Shown: positions 30,111 through 39,619 of the stretch, piece after piece
Numbering within the stretch: position 1 is the first letter of the stretch
How the letters are laid out: each line of letters opens with the position of its first letter
DNA from: an uncultured archaeon
Lineage (GTDB): Archaea; Thermoproteota; Nitrososphaeria; Nitrososphaerales; Gagatemarchaeaceae
Assembly: GCA_963817525.1 (NCBI GenBank)
Contig: CAWFOU010000007.1
Location: 960,001 to 1,024,000, forward strand
Reading direction: 5' to 3'
DNA: 64,000 nucleotides
Translations under genes and position numbers: made by a program
The notes under the pieces: generated by a model
Database searches by the model: none
Seen by the model: the letters and a program-made list of their open reading frames with translations, nothing else
What the model was told of the DNA's origin: nothing

Positions 30111-30514
30111 TTAACCAAATTAGGCAGTGGGAAAGGTTGAGACTCAAAGCAACCCAAATCGTCATAACTATCGTAGTCATTGCGCTAGTGGGCGGCGGCG
30201 CAATTCTTCTTTACGATGAGACGTCGGGGCCGTCTGTGAGTTCCAGCGTGTCCACAAATGCTAGCTTGGTAAGCGAGCTGGATTGCTTTGGAAGCAATGC
30301 ATATACTACTGTCGCGCTCCGTGTAAACTCAACCTCAACCTCCACCTCTATCACGACTTATTCGGGACCTGGCGAGATGGAATTTGATTATCGAACTAAT
30401 ACGACTGTGGCCGCGCCTGTCGGTACCGTAGTAACTACAACCACTACTTTCGCTTCCAGCTCGGGCAACGTGGTTTCAGAGTGGGAAGCCGTAACCTGCA
30501 CTTACGTGAAATGA
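30107..30514 (+). CDS. Membrane-anchored Thr/Ser-rich protein
   Basis: GTGA overlap with the previous stop; N-terminal TM. Confidence 0.65.
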   Translation: MINQIRQWERLRLKATQIVITIVVIALVGGGAILLYDETSGPSVSSSVSTNASLVSELDCFGSNAYTTVALRVNSTSTSTSITTYSGPGEMEFDYRTNTTVAAPVGTVVTTTTTFASSSGNVVSEWEAVTCTYVK

Positions 30515-30526
30515 CAAGATATCGAC

Positions 30527-30853
30527 TCATCTAGGCTTCTTGACGAGCCTCTTCTTGACCCGGTTCTCCCACTCATGATAGTCAATCAGGCCGCGCTCTT
30601 CTAGCAGTTCGGCGAGAGAGGTTATCATGTTGTCCTGCATGTCAAGCTCGCCCGCGAGGTTATCCGTTGAGATCGACCCGGCCTTCAACGGTCGGCCTTC
30701 TGCGGCCCCTAGATACCCCTGCATGGTGAGATACGCGATGACGATGTTCCTGATTACTTCGGAGTCTCCGTCGCCAATCTTTCCCTTCATCTCAGCGTCG
30801 ATGATTGCCCATAGGCCTTCTGGAAGAGTGACTAGCGCCCTTCTCCGAGGCAT
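30527..30853 (-). CDS. Ribbon-helix-helix/CopG-like regulator
   Basis: MPRRRALVTLPEGLW..DSEVIRNIVIAYL; TGATG coupling to the transposase stop. Confidence 0.75.
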   Translation of the reverse strand: MPRRRALVTLPEGLWAIIDAEMKGKIGDGDSEVIRNIVIAYLTMQGYLGAAEGRPLKAGSISTDNLAGELDMQDNMITSLAELLEERGLIDYHEWENRVKKRLVKKPR

Positions 30854-31731
30854 CAGGCCCTTACCTCCACTTGGACCGCCCCGGCCTTCTCCACGACCTC
30901 TTGAATCGTCTTCTCCGCCGTCGCGTTCTGAATCAGTTGCTTCCAGCCTTTCATCTCTATCCCTGCCGCCTGCGCGGGGGTCTTCCCGATACTTGAGTGC
31001 GTCCGACAGAAGTTGTAGTTCACGACGTAGCCTTCGAGAAGGTTCTTGGGATTCTTCAGGCCCCGCATCGGCTTCACTCTGTCCTTGAGCGTCCCATGAA
31101 CTCGCTCCACTATGTTGTTGGTCTCCCTCGCTCGAATCCCGACCCTTCTCACCCACTCGACCTTGTTCCCCTTGTATCGGGTGTAGAAGACTTTCTTCAT
31201 CGCCTCGTCGTATGCGAAGGAGCCGTCGGTGTAGAAGGCCGTCGGCCTCTGCTTCTCAAGGGCCTGTGTGAAGACCTTGATTGCATCCGCGCTCGTCCGC
31301 GAGTTGCTAACCATGCTTGCGACTATGAACCGAGTGTCTTCGTCGATGGTCTCCCAGAACCACTTCTCTTCTCCGCCGACCTTTATCGCCGTCTCGTCGT
31401 GGTGATACTTGCCTCCCAACTTGGGCGCGAGGGTCTTCACGAACTCGCTGACCATCTCGCCATACTTAGAGACCCAATACCAAACCGTAGAGGCGGCAAC
31501 GGTCTCGCCGAAAATGTCTCCGAGCTGTCTCTGAACCTTGCGAGTGGAGAGACCGTCATAGTAGAGGTTCAGCGCCGTCACGATGACATGCTCGTTCACC
31601 CTCATTCGAGCGAAGGAGACATGGTTATCGTAGAAGTGGTGAGAGCAGTTCTTGCACTGGAACCTCTGGACCCCCATCTTGACCCCGTGTTTCACGACTT
31701 TTTCCGACCCGCAGAACTTGCATGCGTTCAT
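30853..31731 (-). CDS. IS6-family DDE transposase
   Basis: CKFC..CKNC Zn finger, HHDET, IDEDTRF, YTDG, NNIVERVHGTLK, YNFCRTH. Confidence 0.93.
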   Translation of the reverse strand: MNACKFCGSEKVVKHGVKMGVQRFQCKNCSHHFYDNHVSFARMRVNEHVIVTALNLYYDGLSTRKVQRQLGDIFGETVAASTVWYWVSKYGEMVSEFVKTLAPKLGGKYHHDETAIKVGGEEKWFWETIDEDTRFIVASMVSNSRTSADAIKVFTQALEKQRPTAFYTDGSFAYDEAMKKVFYTRYKGNKVEWVRRVGIRARETNNIVERVHGTLKDRVKPMRGLKNPKNLLEGYVVNYNFCRTHSSIGKTPAQAAGIEMKGWKQLIQNATAEKTIQEVVEKAGAVQVEVRA

Positions 31732-32256
31732 TTGCCAACAGGGTGTATATTGGCATTAGACCTATTTATATCCATTGTATAGCCAGTTGATATCCATGTA
31801 TCTTAATCAAGCAGAATCTCATAGTTCGAGCTGCCGTGGTCGAGACGACGCCCTGGAAGAAGGGCCGGAAGGACTGACGAACCGCTAACCAACACGCATC
31901 TTAGCGAAACCAACTACATCCTTACCACGCCGCAATCCAACTGAAGAGCCGTGAAAGTACTAATTCTTCATTCGCCCTAGCCGTGGTAACGGTTGACCCA
32001 GTCATTCACAGGGGTCGTCCGGCCTTGGGTCGGTCCGCCTTCTAAGCAAGTATCCCGTTGGCGCGAGGCCACCACTCGCTTGCGAATCCAGCCGATTGCA
32101 CTTGTATTACATTGTAAGCCATTGCTATATTAGCACGGGCATCACAAGAACTTGCGATGGGCTTTCAGAAGTTGCTTGCTGCGTTCCCTCTAATCCTCCT
32201 GTCGATTGGGATGACGAGCATTCCGATTGCAGCCGGCTTGACGACAGGATTTCGAT

Positions 32257-33300
32257 GTGGTGTATCCAGTCCCGGGTGGAATCTTGGACGGTAAACGCAC
32301 GCTAAGAAATGCATCGGTATGCGTATTGCTTTTGCTCATTGTGATCTCTCCAACTGCAATTATGGCCTCCGGCGACTCAACGAATGCAACAATGACCGCA
32401 AAGGAATACGCAGCGTACATGAATCAGACCCCTACCCCGGGTCCCGGATGTTGGGAGAGTAACTATCCGAACACAACTTGGTTGTCGGTACCTTGCAGCC
32501 AGCCTGACTACCCTGTTCCGACTGTCGGTGGTGGAACGGACGACTATGCCGACTACTCAGGCACGTCAAATGTTGGATGGGCACAAGGCGACTTTTCGAG
32601 CGTATCCGGGATAACTACAGAGGCCGACAGCGGCAATCCTTGCAGCAATTCGAACGGCACGGGACATTGTTCAGACTATTACAGTCTCCAACTGAACACC
32701 AACAGCTGGACATGCACGCCTCCCAGCGGTCATTCGACGACGTGCTGGGAGCAGTTCGTCTACACTGGCGCTAAAACTGTTGGAAATGTCGCGGTCTGGT
32801 GGTACCTTCCGGGTTATCACGGTACTTGGAATAACTGTCCAACTGGTTTCTCACAACCAACGGGTTACCCGAACGATTGTACTGACACCACCAACATTGG
32901 CGTTACACACGCGGACCCGCCAACGACGAAGCTTGGGTCCATGACACTTACCGGTCAGGCCAACTATGAGGGCAGCGGAGATGATGAAGCCTCAATGTGT
33001 GATGGAAATGGTTGTTACGCCGCGACCACCACGGGGTCTATCCTTGGGCTGTCTAGCAACTGGACCATAACTGAATTTAACGTACTAGGGTATGGAGGCG
33101 GGACTCAGGCACAATTCAACACGGGGAGCTCACTTACAGCAGAAATCTTCGAATATGACCACAATGGCAACATGATATCCCCAACATGCACGACTAGCAT
33201 TGGGTCAATAGTTACCGGGGAAACAGCCAACCTAAGTTTGGGTACTTGCACCGCCGTCTCTCCTCCGCTGGCGCACATCTCCTTCACTGAATCACACTAA
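32257..33300 (+). CDS. Secreted Cys-rich protein, thermopsin-like motifs
   Basis: Signal peptide; YSLQLNT, CWEQFV, EFNVLG, TGE; homologous to the N-terminal domain of 47736-50846. Confidence 0.75.
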   Translation: MVYPVPGGILDGKRTLRNASVCVLLLLIVISPTAIMASGDSTNATMTAKEYAAYMNQTPTPGPGCWESNYPNTTWLSVPCSQPDYPVPTVGGGTDDYADYSGTSNVGWAQGDFSSVSGITTEADSGNPCSNSNGTGHCSDYYSLQLNTNSWTCTPPSGHSTTCWEQFVYTGAKTVGNVAVWWYLPGYHGTWNNCPTGFSQPTGYPNDCTDTTNIGVTHADPPTTKLGSMTLTGQANYEGSGDDEASMCDGNGCYAATTTGSILGLSSNWTITEFNVLGYGGGTQAQFNTGSSLTAEIFEYDHNGNMISPTCTTSIGSIVTGETANLSLGTCTAVSPPLAHISFTESH

Positions 33301-33341
33301 AACATTAATAGCGATAGGATGTATTGCGCCGTGAAAAAACA

Positions 33342-33926
33342 ATGGCCAACGGCAGAAAGGCGCTCGCGCTTGTCGCGATTGTGATTCTGGTTGTAGGCGC
33401 CCTCAGCGTTTACTCCATTGTGGCGACGACCAAGTCGGTCGGACAAGGAAAGACAATCTCGTCGCTTGAATCGACGCTGAGTTCGATGGATTCACATCCG
33501 TTCATTTCTGTGAGCACTACAACGATCACCCTTTCTTCGACGGACACTCGACTTCCTTCTTTCCCATGGAACAGCAGCGCCGCGCAATATATGGCCGGTG
33601 CGAACTTTTGCAATGCCGGTTATGAGGGAGCTTGTTTCTCTAGCGCGTTCAGTAATGCTTACGTGTTCACTTGCCTCAACCAAGCCGCGACTCCACAGGG
33701 GTGCACGGTACGAATGAACGCGACCAACTCGATATCCTTCGTCGTCGTCACGGTCTGGTATCCTTACTACAACTCGACTGCGGGTGCGCCCGCTTGGGCA
33801 GATTGTGCTTGGAATAATCCCGGAGGAGGGGGTCCCAGCCAGTTCTATGCTGCGTTTGCATCCTACTGCTTCAAATTAGGTGGAAACGCCTTCATACTTA
33901 CCTCTCCACCTCTTCCCACAGCTTAG
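33342..33926 (+). CDS. Membrane-anchored Cys-rich protein
   Basis: N-terminal TM; NAYVFTC..QGC..YPYYNST..WADC..YC; homolog of 50848-51405. Confidence 0.75.
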   Translation: MANGRKALALVAIVILVVGALSVYSIVATTKSVGQGKTISSLESTLSSMDSHPFISVSTTTITLSSTDTRLPSFPWNSSAAQYMAGANFCNAGYEGACFSSAFSNAYVFTCLNQAATPQGCTVRMNATNSISFVVVTVWYPYYNSTAGAPAWADCAWNNPGGGGPSQFYAAFASYCFKLGGNAFILTSPPLPTA

Positions 33927-34123
33927 GGACCTTGGTGCTGTTCTCCATCACCTTGAATTCATGGAAAGCCCTTTGTATTGCAAATATAACGAGTCCAAGC
34001 CGACAACTCTAGGCTGAGACTCGTGAAGATATTGCGGAAGGGCAATCGTGGCTCTTGGACATGCGTCCCCCCTCGTATAGGCGCTGAAGTATCCAAAAGT
34101 GATTTTGCCTTGAGAAGGACTTG

Positions 34124-34672
34124 CTATTGGCCTTGCTTGGAAAAGCGAATCTTCAGTATGTTGCCCTTGACCTCTATCTGGAGTTTCCCTCTCGACAGAA
34201 CTTCGTAGGCCCCCGAGATATAGCTCTTCAGAAAATAGGACCACTTCTCACCGTACCCGTGGCGCAAGGTCATTCGTTCTGAGTTCTCGGACACGTTTCC
34301 TTCGACCGTGAACCACCCACCTACCTCCGCAAGTATGCTCACCAAGAACTCAACGAACGTCATCTGGCAGCCTGCGCTCTCCAAAAGTTCGAGCACCAGA
34401 GAATAGTTCTTCTTGCCCAGCGCGAACCCGTCCACTTCCAAGGAGTCGAGGTTCGCCGTGCTCATTATCGAAGCAAAGGTCTCACAGCCGAGCGCGATCC
34501 TGCCCAAGGCAGGAATCAGTGGATCGACCTTCAACGCTCTGGTCAGGACTTGCGCCACGTACATGTTTTCGCTGACATGAAGCCGTCGTGCAGTGCGTGC
34601 AAGCTCGAGTGTTAGACGCTCGTCAAGCCGGAACGCCTTGACTTTGGTATGGCTCGCCGTAGCCATTTCCAT
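34124..34672 (-). CDS. Hypothetical protein (RHH-like N-terminus, V4R-like C-terminus)
   Basis: KVKAFRLDERL..VSENMYVAQVL; LRHGYGEKWSYFL. Confidence 0.7.
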   Translation of the reverse strand: MEMATASHTKVKAFRLDERLTLELARTARRLHVSENMYVAQVLTRALKVDPLIPALGRIALGCETFASIMSTANLDSLEVDGFALGKKNYSLVLELLESAGCQMTFVEFLVSILAEVGGWFTVEGNVSENSERMTLRHGYGEKWSYFLKSYISGAYEVLSRGKLQIEVKGNILKIRFSKQGQ

Positions 34673-35345
34673 GAAAGAAACAGAGGAATCTCAATGCAGG
34701 TTCTATTTAGACTTGCCGTATTCACCGCAAAAATACAGCTTGGTGAACATTATTGCGTGAATCGCAACCGCGTTCCAATGTCACATTTCCTACCAGCAGG
34801 ATACCCAAGGTCGTCTTCACGAGCGTGCGCTCTATTATCTCGTCGGGTGATTTGGGCGATTCGAGAGGGGCATAGGTCGCAGGAAGATTTAAGGTTGACT
34901 GGATGAGTCAGGAAACTTGCGCAATTATCGTCTGGAAAGGTAACGACCCTAAACCCAACGAGGGCGTAAGAAGAGGAGACAACCTCATTGATTTTGTCAT
35001 AGGTTAACAATGCTGAAGAATAAAAATTGCGGTAAGCGTTTACCGTTATGAAGTTCCACGGTCAATATTCAGCTTCTGACGCTCATTTTAGCGACATTTC
35101 CATCACGAACTTCGGAACGGTAAACGTGTACAAATTGCGGAGTTCTTTAGAGTTCCCACGCTAGAGGCTCGCGGTTCCCGTGCAACAGCGAACGTCTGGC
35201 AAGTACTCTCCTAGAATCTTCCTCTGTCCTCCTGCTCAGCTTTTCTGCGTCGGCGGCTCCGGCTTACGCGAGAATGAATTGCGTCCCTTCTGGGCGCCTC
35301 GAAGGTATCTATCCTTTTGACAGTGTGTGCGCTCCCTGCCAAAAC

Positions 35346-35480
35346 CTAGGAGGCGAGCTTCCTGCTCCTCATGGCAAGATAGCCAGTTGCGATGGTGAAG
35401 ATCACGGCGACTACCGCTACTCCATACAGTAGGCCCGAGCTCACTCCTGTGGAGGATGTGGACGTGATTGTAGTTGCCCT
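35346..35480 (-). pseudogene. Orphan C-terminal membrane-anchor fragment
   Basis: ATTITSTSSTGVSSGLLYGVAVVAVIFTIATGYLAMRSRKLAS* with no upstream body. Confidence 0.6.
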
Positions 35481-36417
35481 TCCAGGTCAGCCTTCACCTG
35501 GAGAATGGTTTCCTGGAGAGGCTAATGGCAAGGCGGGCAGCCTCTGCCATCAGTATTGACCTGGAAATCGGTCCAAAAAACACACAAGGGGGATGGTATT
35601 AACTAACCCGCAACTCTCTACCGTCCTCTGTCTCCGGCTTCGCGTCATTGGCGCTATCGCAAGCCGATCAAGCTATGGTCGATTTGCTCATACCCGCATC
35701 AGAGGCATGTGATGCCCACCTGAGCGAACCTCTTACGACGCGTTCGAGTGCCTTGTGCCACCATCCACAACCATCCGCGGCTGGGACTAAACTGAGACCA
35801 GACTCCTTACCACGACACGCCAGCTCATTTCTGCCGGGCAGGGACGGATGTGCTTCGACTCAGATGAGCTTGTCCTCAGCTTGGCGAGCGCCCGCTCCGT
35901 CCGATTGTTGGCTTCGTGGCTGACGACCAGGACCATCGAGGTACTCGAGGGCGATAGCTACTTCCAAGTTGAAGAAACCGCGGACGCCAGGGCAGTGCCC
36001 CCTAAGGCTCATTGTCAGGGCGTCGAGGTCGACCGGAGACTTGGCCATCCTCTTCGAAAACCGATAATGCAACCCGGGTCCAACGAATCTCTTGCCCGGC
36101 TCAGCGTGCAAGGGCCTTTCGGTCCACAGTCGTTCCTCAGAATGCAGCAATCGCGCAGCTCTGCCGCTTGGGCATAGCCGAAGCCACTGCCTCTGGGACG
36201 GCACACTCCTACTGGAGTGGGCCTCTGTTTTTGTTTTGGGGGGGTTACTTTTTGCTAAGAATAGCAGTGGAGAAGTAGGCGGGTCTATTTAACGCGGCAA
36301 AATCGGGACCATTCCTATCGCGTTTTCCATAACCTCGGACACAGCCGAACCTAGCATACCTTGAGTTGAGAGCCAGTCAAGGCCTAACGACGACGCAAAA
36401 GCGCCGTTATCGAAGGC

Positions 36418-36780
36418 AAAGCGGACATCTTCAGGGGTCTGGACGGCGCCAAGGCGGACATTCGGGTCGAAAGTGGACATCGGGAGGCGGTTCTGACGGT
36501 GAATGTGGACATCAGGGGTGCCAAAAACGGGTCGCGGTTGCAACATCCATGTCCACCTTCGCGCGCCCAGGGGCGGCAAATGTCCACCTTCGGGCGGTCG
36601 GCGAGGGCGGAGTGGTCGTCGATGTCAACCTTGAGATCCAAAGGCTTGAGATCCAAGGGCCAGGCTTGACATTTTGGGCTCCAAGGTTGACATTTGTGGT
36701 TCGAAGTGAAGGACAGCTTCACGTGTCCACCTTGCCCCGGTAATGGGCGTGCAATGTCCACCTTCATGGATGTGGACATG
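36418..36780. repeat. 12 copies of a 12-bp motif AAGGTGGACATT in both orientations
   Basis: Copies at 36418, 36451, 36470, 36502, 36548, 36579, 36621, 36662, 36683, 36722, 36753, 36769. Confidence 0.85.
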
Positions 36781-36817
36781 GGTCGCTTCGGGGCAGGAGC
36801 CAACCGAGGGGGCTGCT

Positions 36818-37337
36818 AATGCTCGACCCTCGAGCATTATGCATTTGGAGTAATGCGCAACCCTTGCGCACTAGCGCCTTCATGGCAATACGCAACCCTT
36901 GCGCATTAGGCAACCCCGTCTTCTCGGGAAACGCATGATTTGGCACGTGAGGAATGTCTGTGGGACCTGCGAGGCTTCTCGAACGCACCCGTTCACGACC
37001 AATGCACAACCCTTGTGCATTAGCTCGCTTGGGCAAAGGCACAACCCTTGTGCATTGACCAGTCCGAGAGGTTTCACCCCGGCCTCCGCAAAGCTGTACG
37101 CCAAGACCCGTTCCACTATGGAGCGTAACTTTTGAAGATCAAATCGGGCGGGTCCGGCAGTCGCATCATATCATGGGGCTAAGGGTGCTAGAGCTCCCCG
37201 TTAACCAGGAGGTGCAGGATTTGGTGGATACAGGGGAAAATCGATGACTTGTACGAGACACTCACAATTCTGCTCACGGCTGATGCCCAACCCTTGGGCA
37301 TTGCGGCGCATGGGATAATGCCCAAGCCTTGGGTATT
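36818..37337. repeat. 21-bp palindromes AATGnnCAA-CCC-TTGnnCATT at 34-35-bp period
   Basis: Copies at 36818, 36852, 36887, 37001, 37036, 37282, 37317 (plus 38787 and 38822). Confidence 0.9.
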
Positions 37338-37734
37338 GGCTAGCCCTATACGGCCACCGCCCACGTTCCGCCGATGGTAGGGCCAATCCTAAAGCATCCT
37401 CTTGAAGGGCGACGCCCCGCGCAGCTTTACCTGCCGATCGAGAAGCAGCGTGCCAGCGTCGACGTCGAACCGGCCTATCCGCCAAAGGCCAGTGCTCTTG
37501 ATGAGGCGTGCGCGAGCTGAGCGAGAGGTTCGCCTCGCGAGAACCCTATTTTCAGTTCAAGCACTAAAGGCGAAAAGGGTGCGACTGCCGATCTCTCGAT
37601 GAAAGCGTACGATGTCGACCTTCCCGGTGTTCTCTGAAGAAGACAGAAACTGTCGCGAGAGCGAAAGGTGGCGTAGGAACCGAACCCCGAAGAACGATTA
37701 GCTTAAGCCCGATTCGTTCCAGGTTACCGCGCAA

Positions 37735-38193
37735 TTGTCCGGGGATCTCAAATCAAGAGTAAAGTTGCCTGAAGGGTTCAGATTTCTGCGCGAGGGCGAC
37801 ATAGAACGACCATTTCGGACCGGCGACAAAACGATGGACAAGTATGCGCTCAGAGACTACCACGCTTGGAGCCTCCTGCCCAACGAGCTCGTGATCCTGT
37901 ATGAGGTCGCAGGTGATGTTGCGGGCATAATAGAGATGACGGTCGACGAAGACCACATAATGATCGAGATGGTGGCGCGGAACACCCTAGTTGCGGCTTC
38001 TGGCGTTGGGACAAGACTCATGAGCCTCGCTGAAAATGTCTCGAGGCAGCTGGGCAGGAGCGAAATCCGATTGGAATCCCTTGACGGCGTGGTTGCGTGG
38101 TATGACGGGCCTCTGGGGTACGAAGAGTACACCGAGAGATTCTACGATCCTGAGTTCGGCTGGCTGACCCCGAAGAGGAAGTTCATGCGGTGA
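37735..38193 (+). CDS. GNAT-family acetyltransferase
   Basis: IEMVAR..GVGTRLMSLAE..IRLESL..VAWY..LGY. Confidence 0.8.
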   Translation: MSGDLKSRVKLPEGFRFLREGDIERPFRTGDKTMDKYALRDYHAWSLLPNELVILYEVAGDVAGIIEMTVDEDHIMIEMVARNTLVAASGVGTRLMSLAENVSRQLGRSEIRLESLDGVVAWYDGPLGYEEYTERFYDPEFGWLTPKRKFMR

Positions 38194-38410
38194 CCTTGGC
38201 CTTCTGCCTCATCTTGCCTATGACCTTTCGCGACACAGCGTAGACGCCGGTATCTGGGTCGGACCTCACGATGTCCAGATAGTGCTGGACGACCTTGTGC
38301 TCGCGCAGGTAGTTGTCGATCACGCGGGACTTGTTGACTCCCTGGGCTATCGCCATGCTCTCCAGAGCGTCATCCAGCTCGTCAGTCAGCGAGATTGAGA
38401 TTTTCCTCAT
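38183..38410 (-). CDS. Ribbon-helix-helix protein
   Basis: MRKISISLTDELDDALESMA..VNKSRVIDNYLR; ATG at 38410. Confidence 0.85.
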   Translation of the reverse strand: MRKISISLTDELDDALESMAIAQGVNKSRVIDNYLREHKVVQHYLDIVRSDPDTGVYAVSRKVIGKMRQKAKVTA

Positions 38411-38786
38411 GCTACCACGGTCATACTCTGGTAGCAGAGCGCTATATAATCTTGCCGGGAGTCTCTTCCGTTGATTCCCGAATGGACCTTGGCTGAGGCC
38501 AGAGATTCCTTTGCCAAAGAGCCGAAAGAAGAGCAGCCGAGGGAGCCAAGGGGCAAACCATCGGAGAGAGTGTTCTCGAAGGTACTCACAGCAGAGAAAC
38601 ATCGACAACTTTGGGAAGACTGCTTTCAGCGCCCAACGAGCTGTGTCCAGATTGACTCCGCGAGGGCTGCGCCAAGGAAGGGTCTGGCTGAGTACCCCTG
38701 TTTACGAAAGCGAAGATGGGCCTTCCTAGCTTCTAGTCGCAATCTTTCTCGCCTCGTTAGACGCCCAGAAAGCAACTCCTCAGACT

Positions 38787-38842
38787 AGTGTGCAACCCTT
38801 GCATATTAGCGCCTCTAGGGCAATGTGCAACGCTTGCACATT
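38787..38842. repeat. Further pair of 21-bp palindromes
   Basis: agtgtgcaa-ccc-ttgcatatt and aatgtgcaa-cgc-ttgcacatt, 35 bp apart. Confidence 0.85.
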
Positions 38843-39152
38843 AAGCTCGCATGGGCTCATGAGCAACCATGAGCTAATGAGGGTGATTCGCAAGCAGCCA
38901 AACGTCTCGCGAGGAAGCCAGAGGCCGAGCCAAGGACTCGGGAGGGAAAATCGGTCCAAAAAAAATAATGAGAGGAGATAAGAGAATATCCGCAACGAGT
39001 CCGTGCGACCATTTCGACTCCCCCAAAATGAGCGGCCTCGACAGCCGCCGCTAGTAACGGTCGGTCTCCGATTCGTCGGTTTCGGTCAGTTCAGAGAGAA
39101 AATAAATTTAGACAGCATCAAACACCACTGGAATATTTAACGGCCCACTGTC

Positions 39153-39283
39153 AGCTTGCCAAGCCTCCCACTAGGTTGCCACTCAAAGTCCTCCATTTGG
39201 CAACCTCATGACTCATTTTGGCAACCTGTCTCCTCGATTTGGCAACGTTGAATGGCAAGGTTGCCAAAACTAAATGGCAACCT
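39153..39283. repeat. Iteron-like TTTGGCAACCT repeats
   Basis: Direct copies at 39196, 39217, 39238 (21-bp period) and 39273; inverted copies at 39153, 39173, 39258. Confidence 0.85.
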
Positions 39284-39399
39284 GGGTTATCCTCCCGAAA
39301 TGGAGGAGACAGCCCAGAGCTGTCCCACTACCTGTCGAACTTTAGGAGTTAGAGCCTCTTGTTAAAAGCTCCAGACCACAGGGAAATCAGGAAATCGAA

Positions 39400-39618
39400 A
39401 TGGACTCCCGTAACGATGGCTCTGTCGACCTGCGACCATTCAAGGAGAAGCTAAAGAAAAGACTGCCATCCGAGAGTTTCGTCCTGATTGACCTCCTCAA
39501 CGAGCCGGATTCGATGCCGTCCACCCGGGCCGAGGTCCTGATCCCCCACTACCTCCAGAGACTGGAGAGAGAGCTTGAGAAGTACGAATCGAAAGGGCCT
39601 CTCGTCTTGAAGGCCTGA
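39400..39618 (+). CDS. Small hypothetical protein (possible directionality factor)
   Basis: 72-aa ATG ORF convergent with and abutting the integrase stop. Confidence 0.7.
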   Translation: MDSRNDGSVDLRPFKEKLKKRLPSESFVLIDLLNEPDSMPSTRAEVLIPHYLQRLERELEKYESKGPLVLKA

Positions 39619-39619
39619 C

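Larger units (their letters stand above)
28572..31818. mobile_element. IS6-family cargo-carrying transposon
   Basis: Perfect 27-bp terminal inverted repeats (28572-28598 / 31792-31818) enclosing a DDE transposase and four passenger genes. Confidence 0.88.

Noticed and set aside
35648-36292. Overlapping 60-115-aa ORFs
   Set aside because: No recognisable motif or codon bias; cannot choose a real frame
36289-37135. ORFs with recurring MSTF / NAQGL peptides
   Set aside because: Translation by-products of DNA repeats present on both strands and in several frames
36818-38842. CRISPR array interpretation of the palindromic repeats
   Set aside because: Spacers are only 13-14 bp and similar to each other, there are at most three repeats in a row, and no cas genes are present
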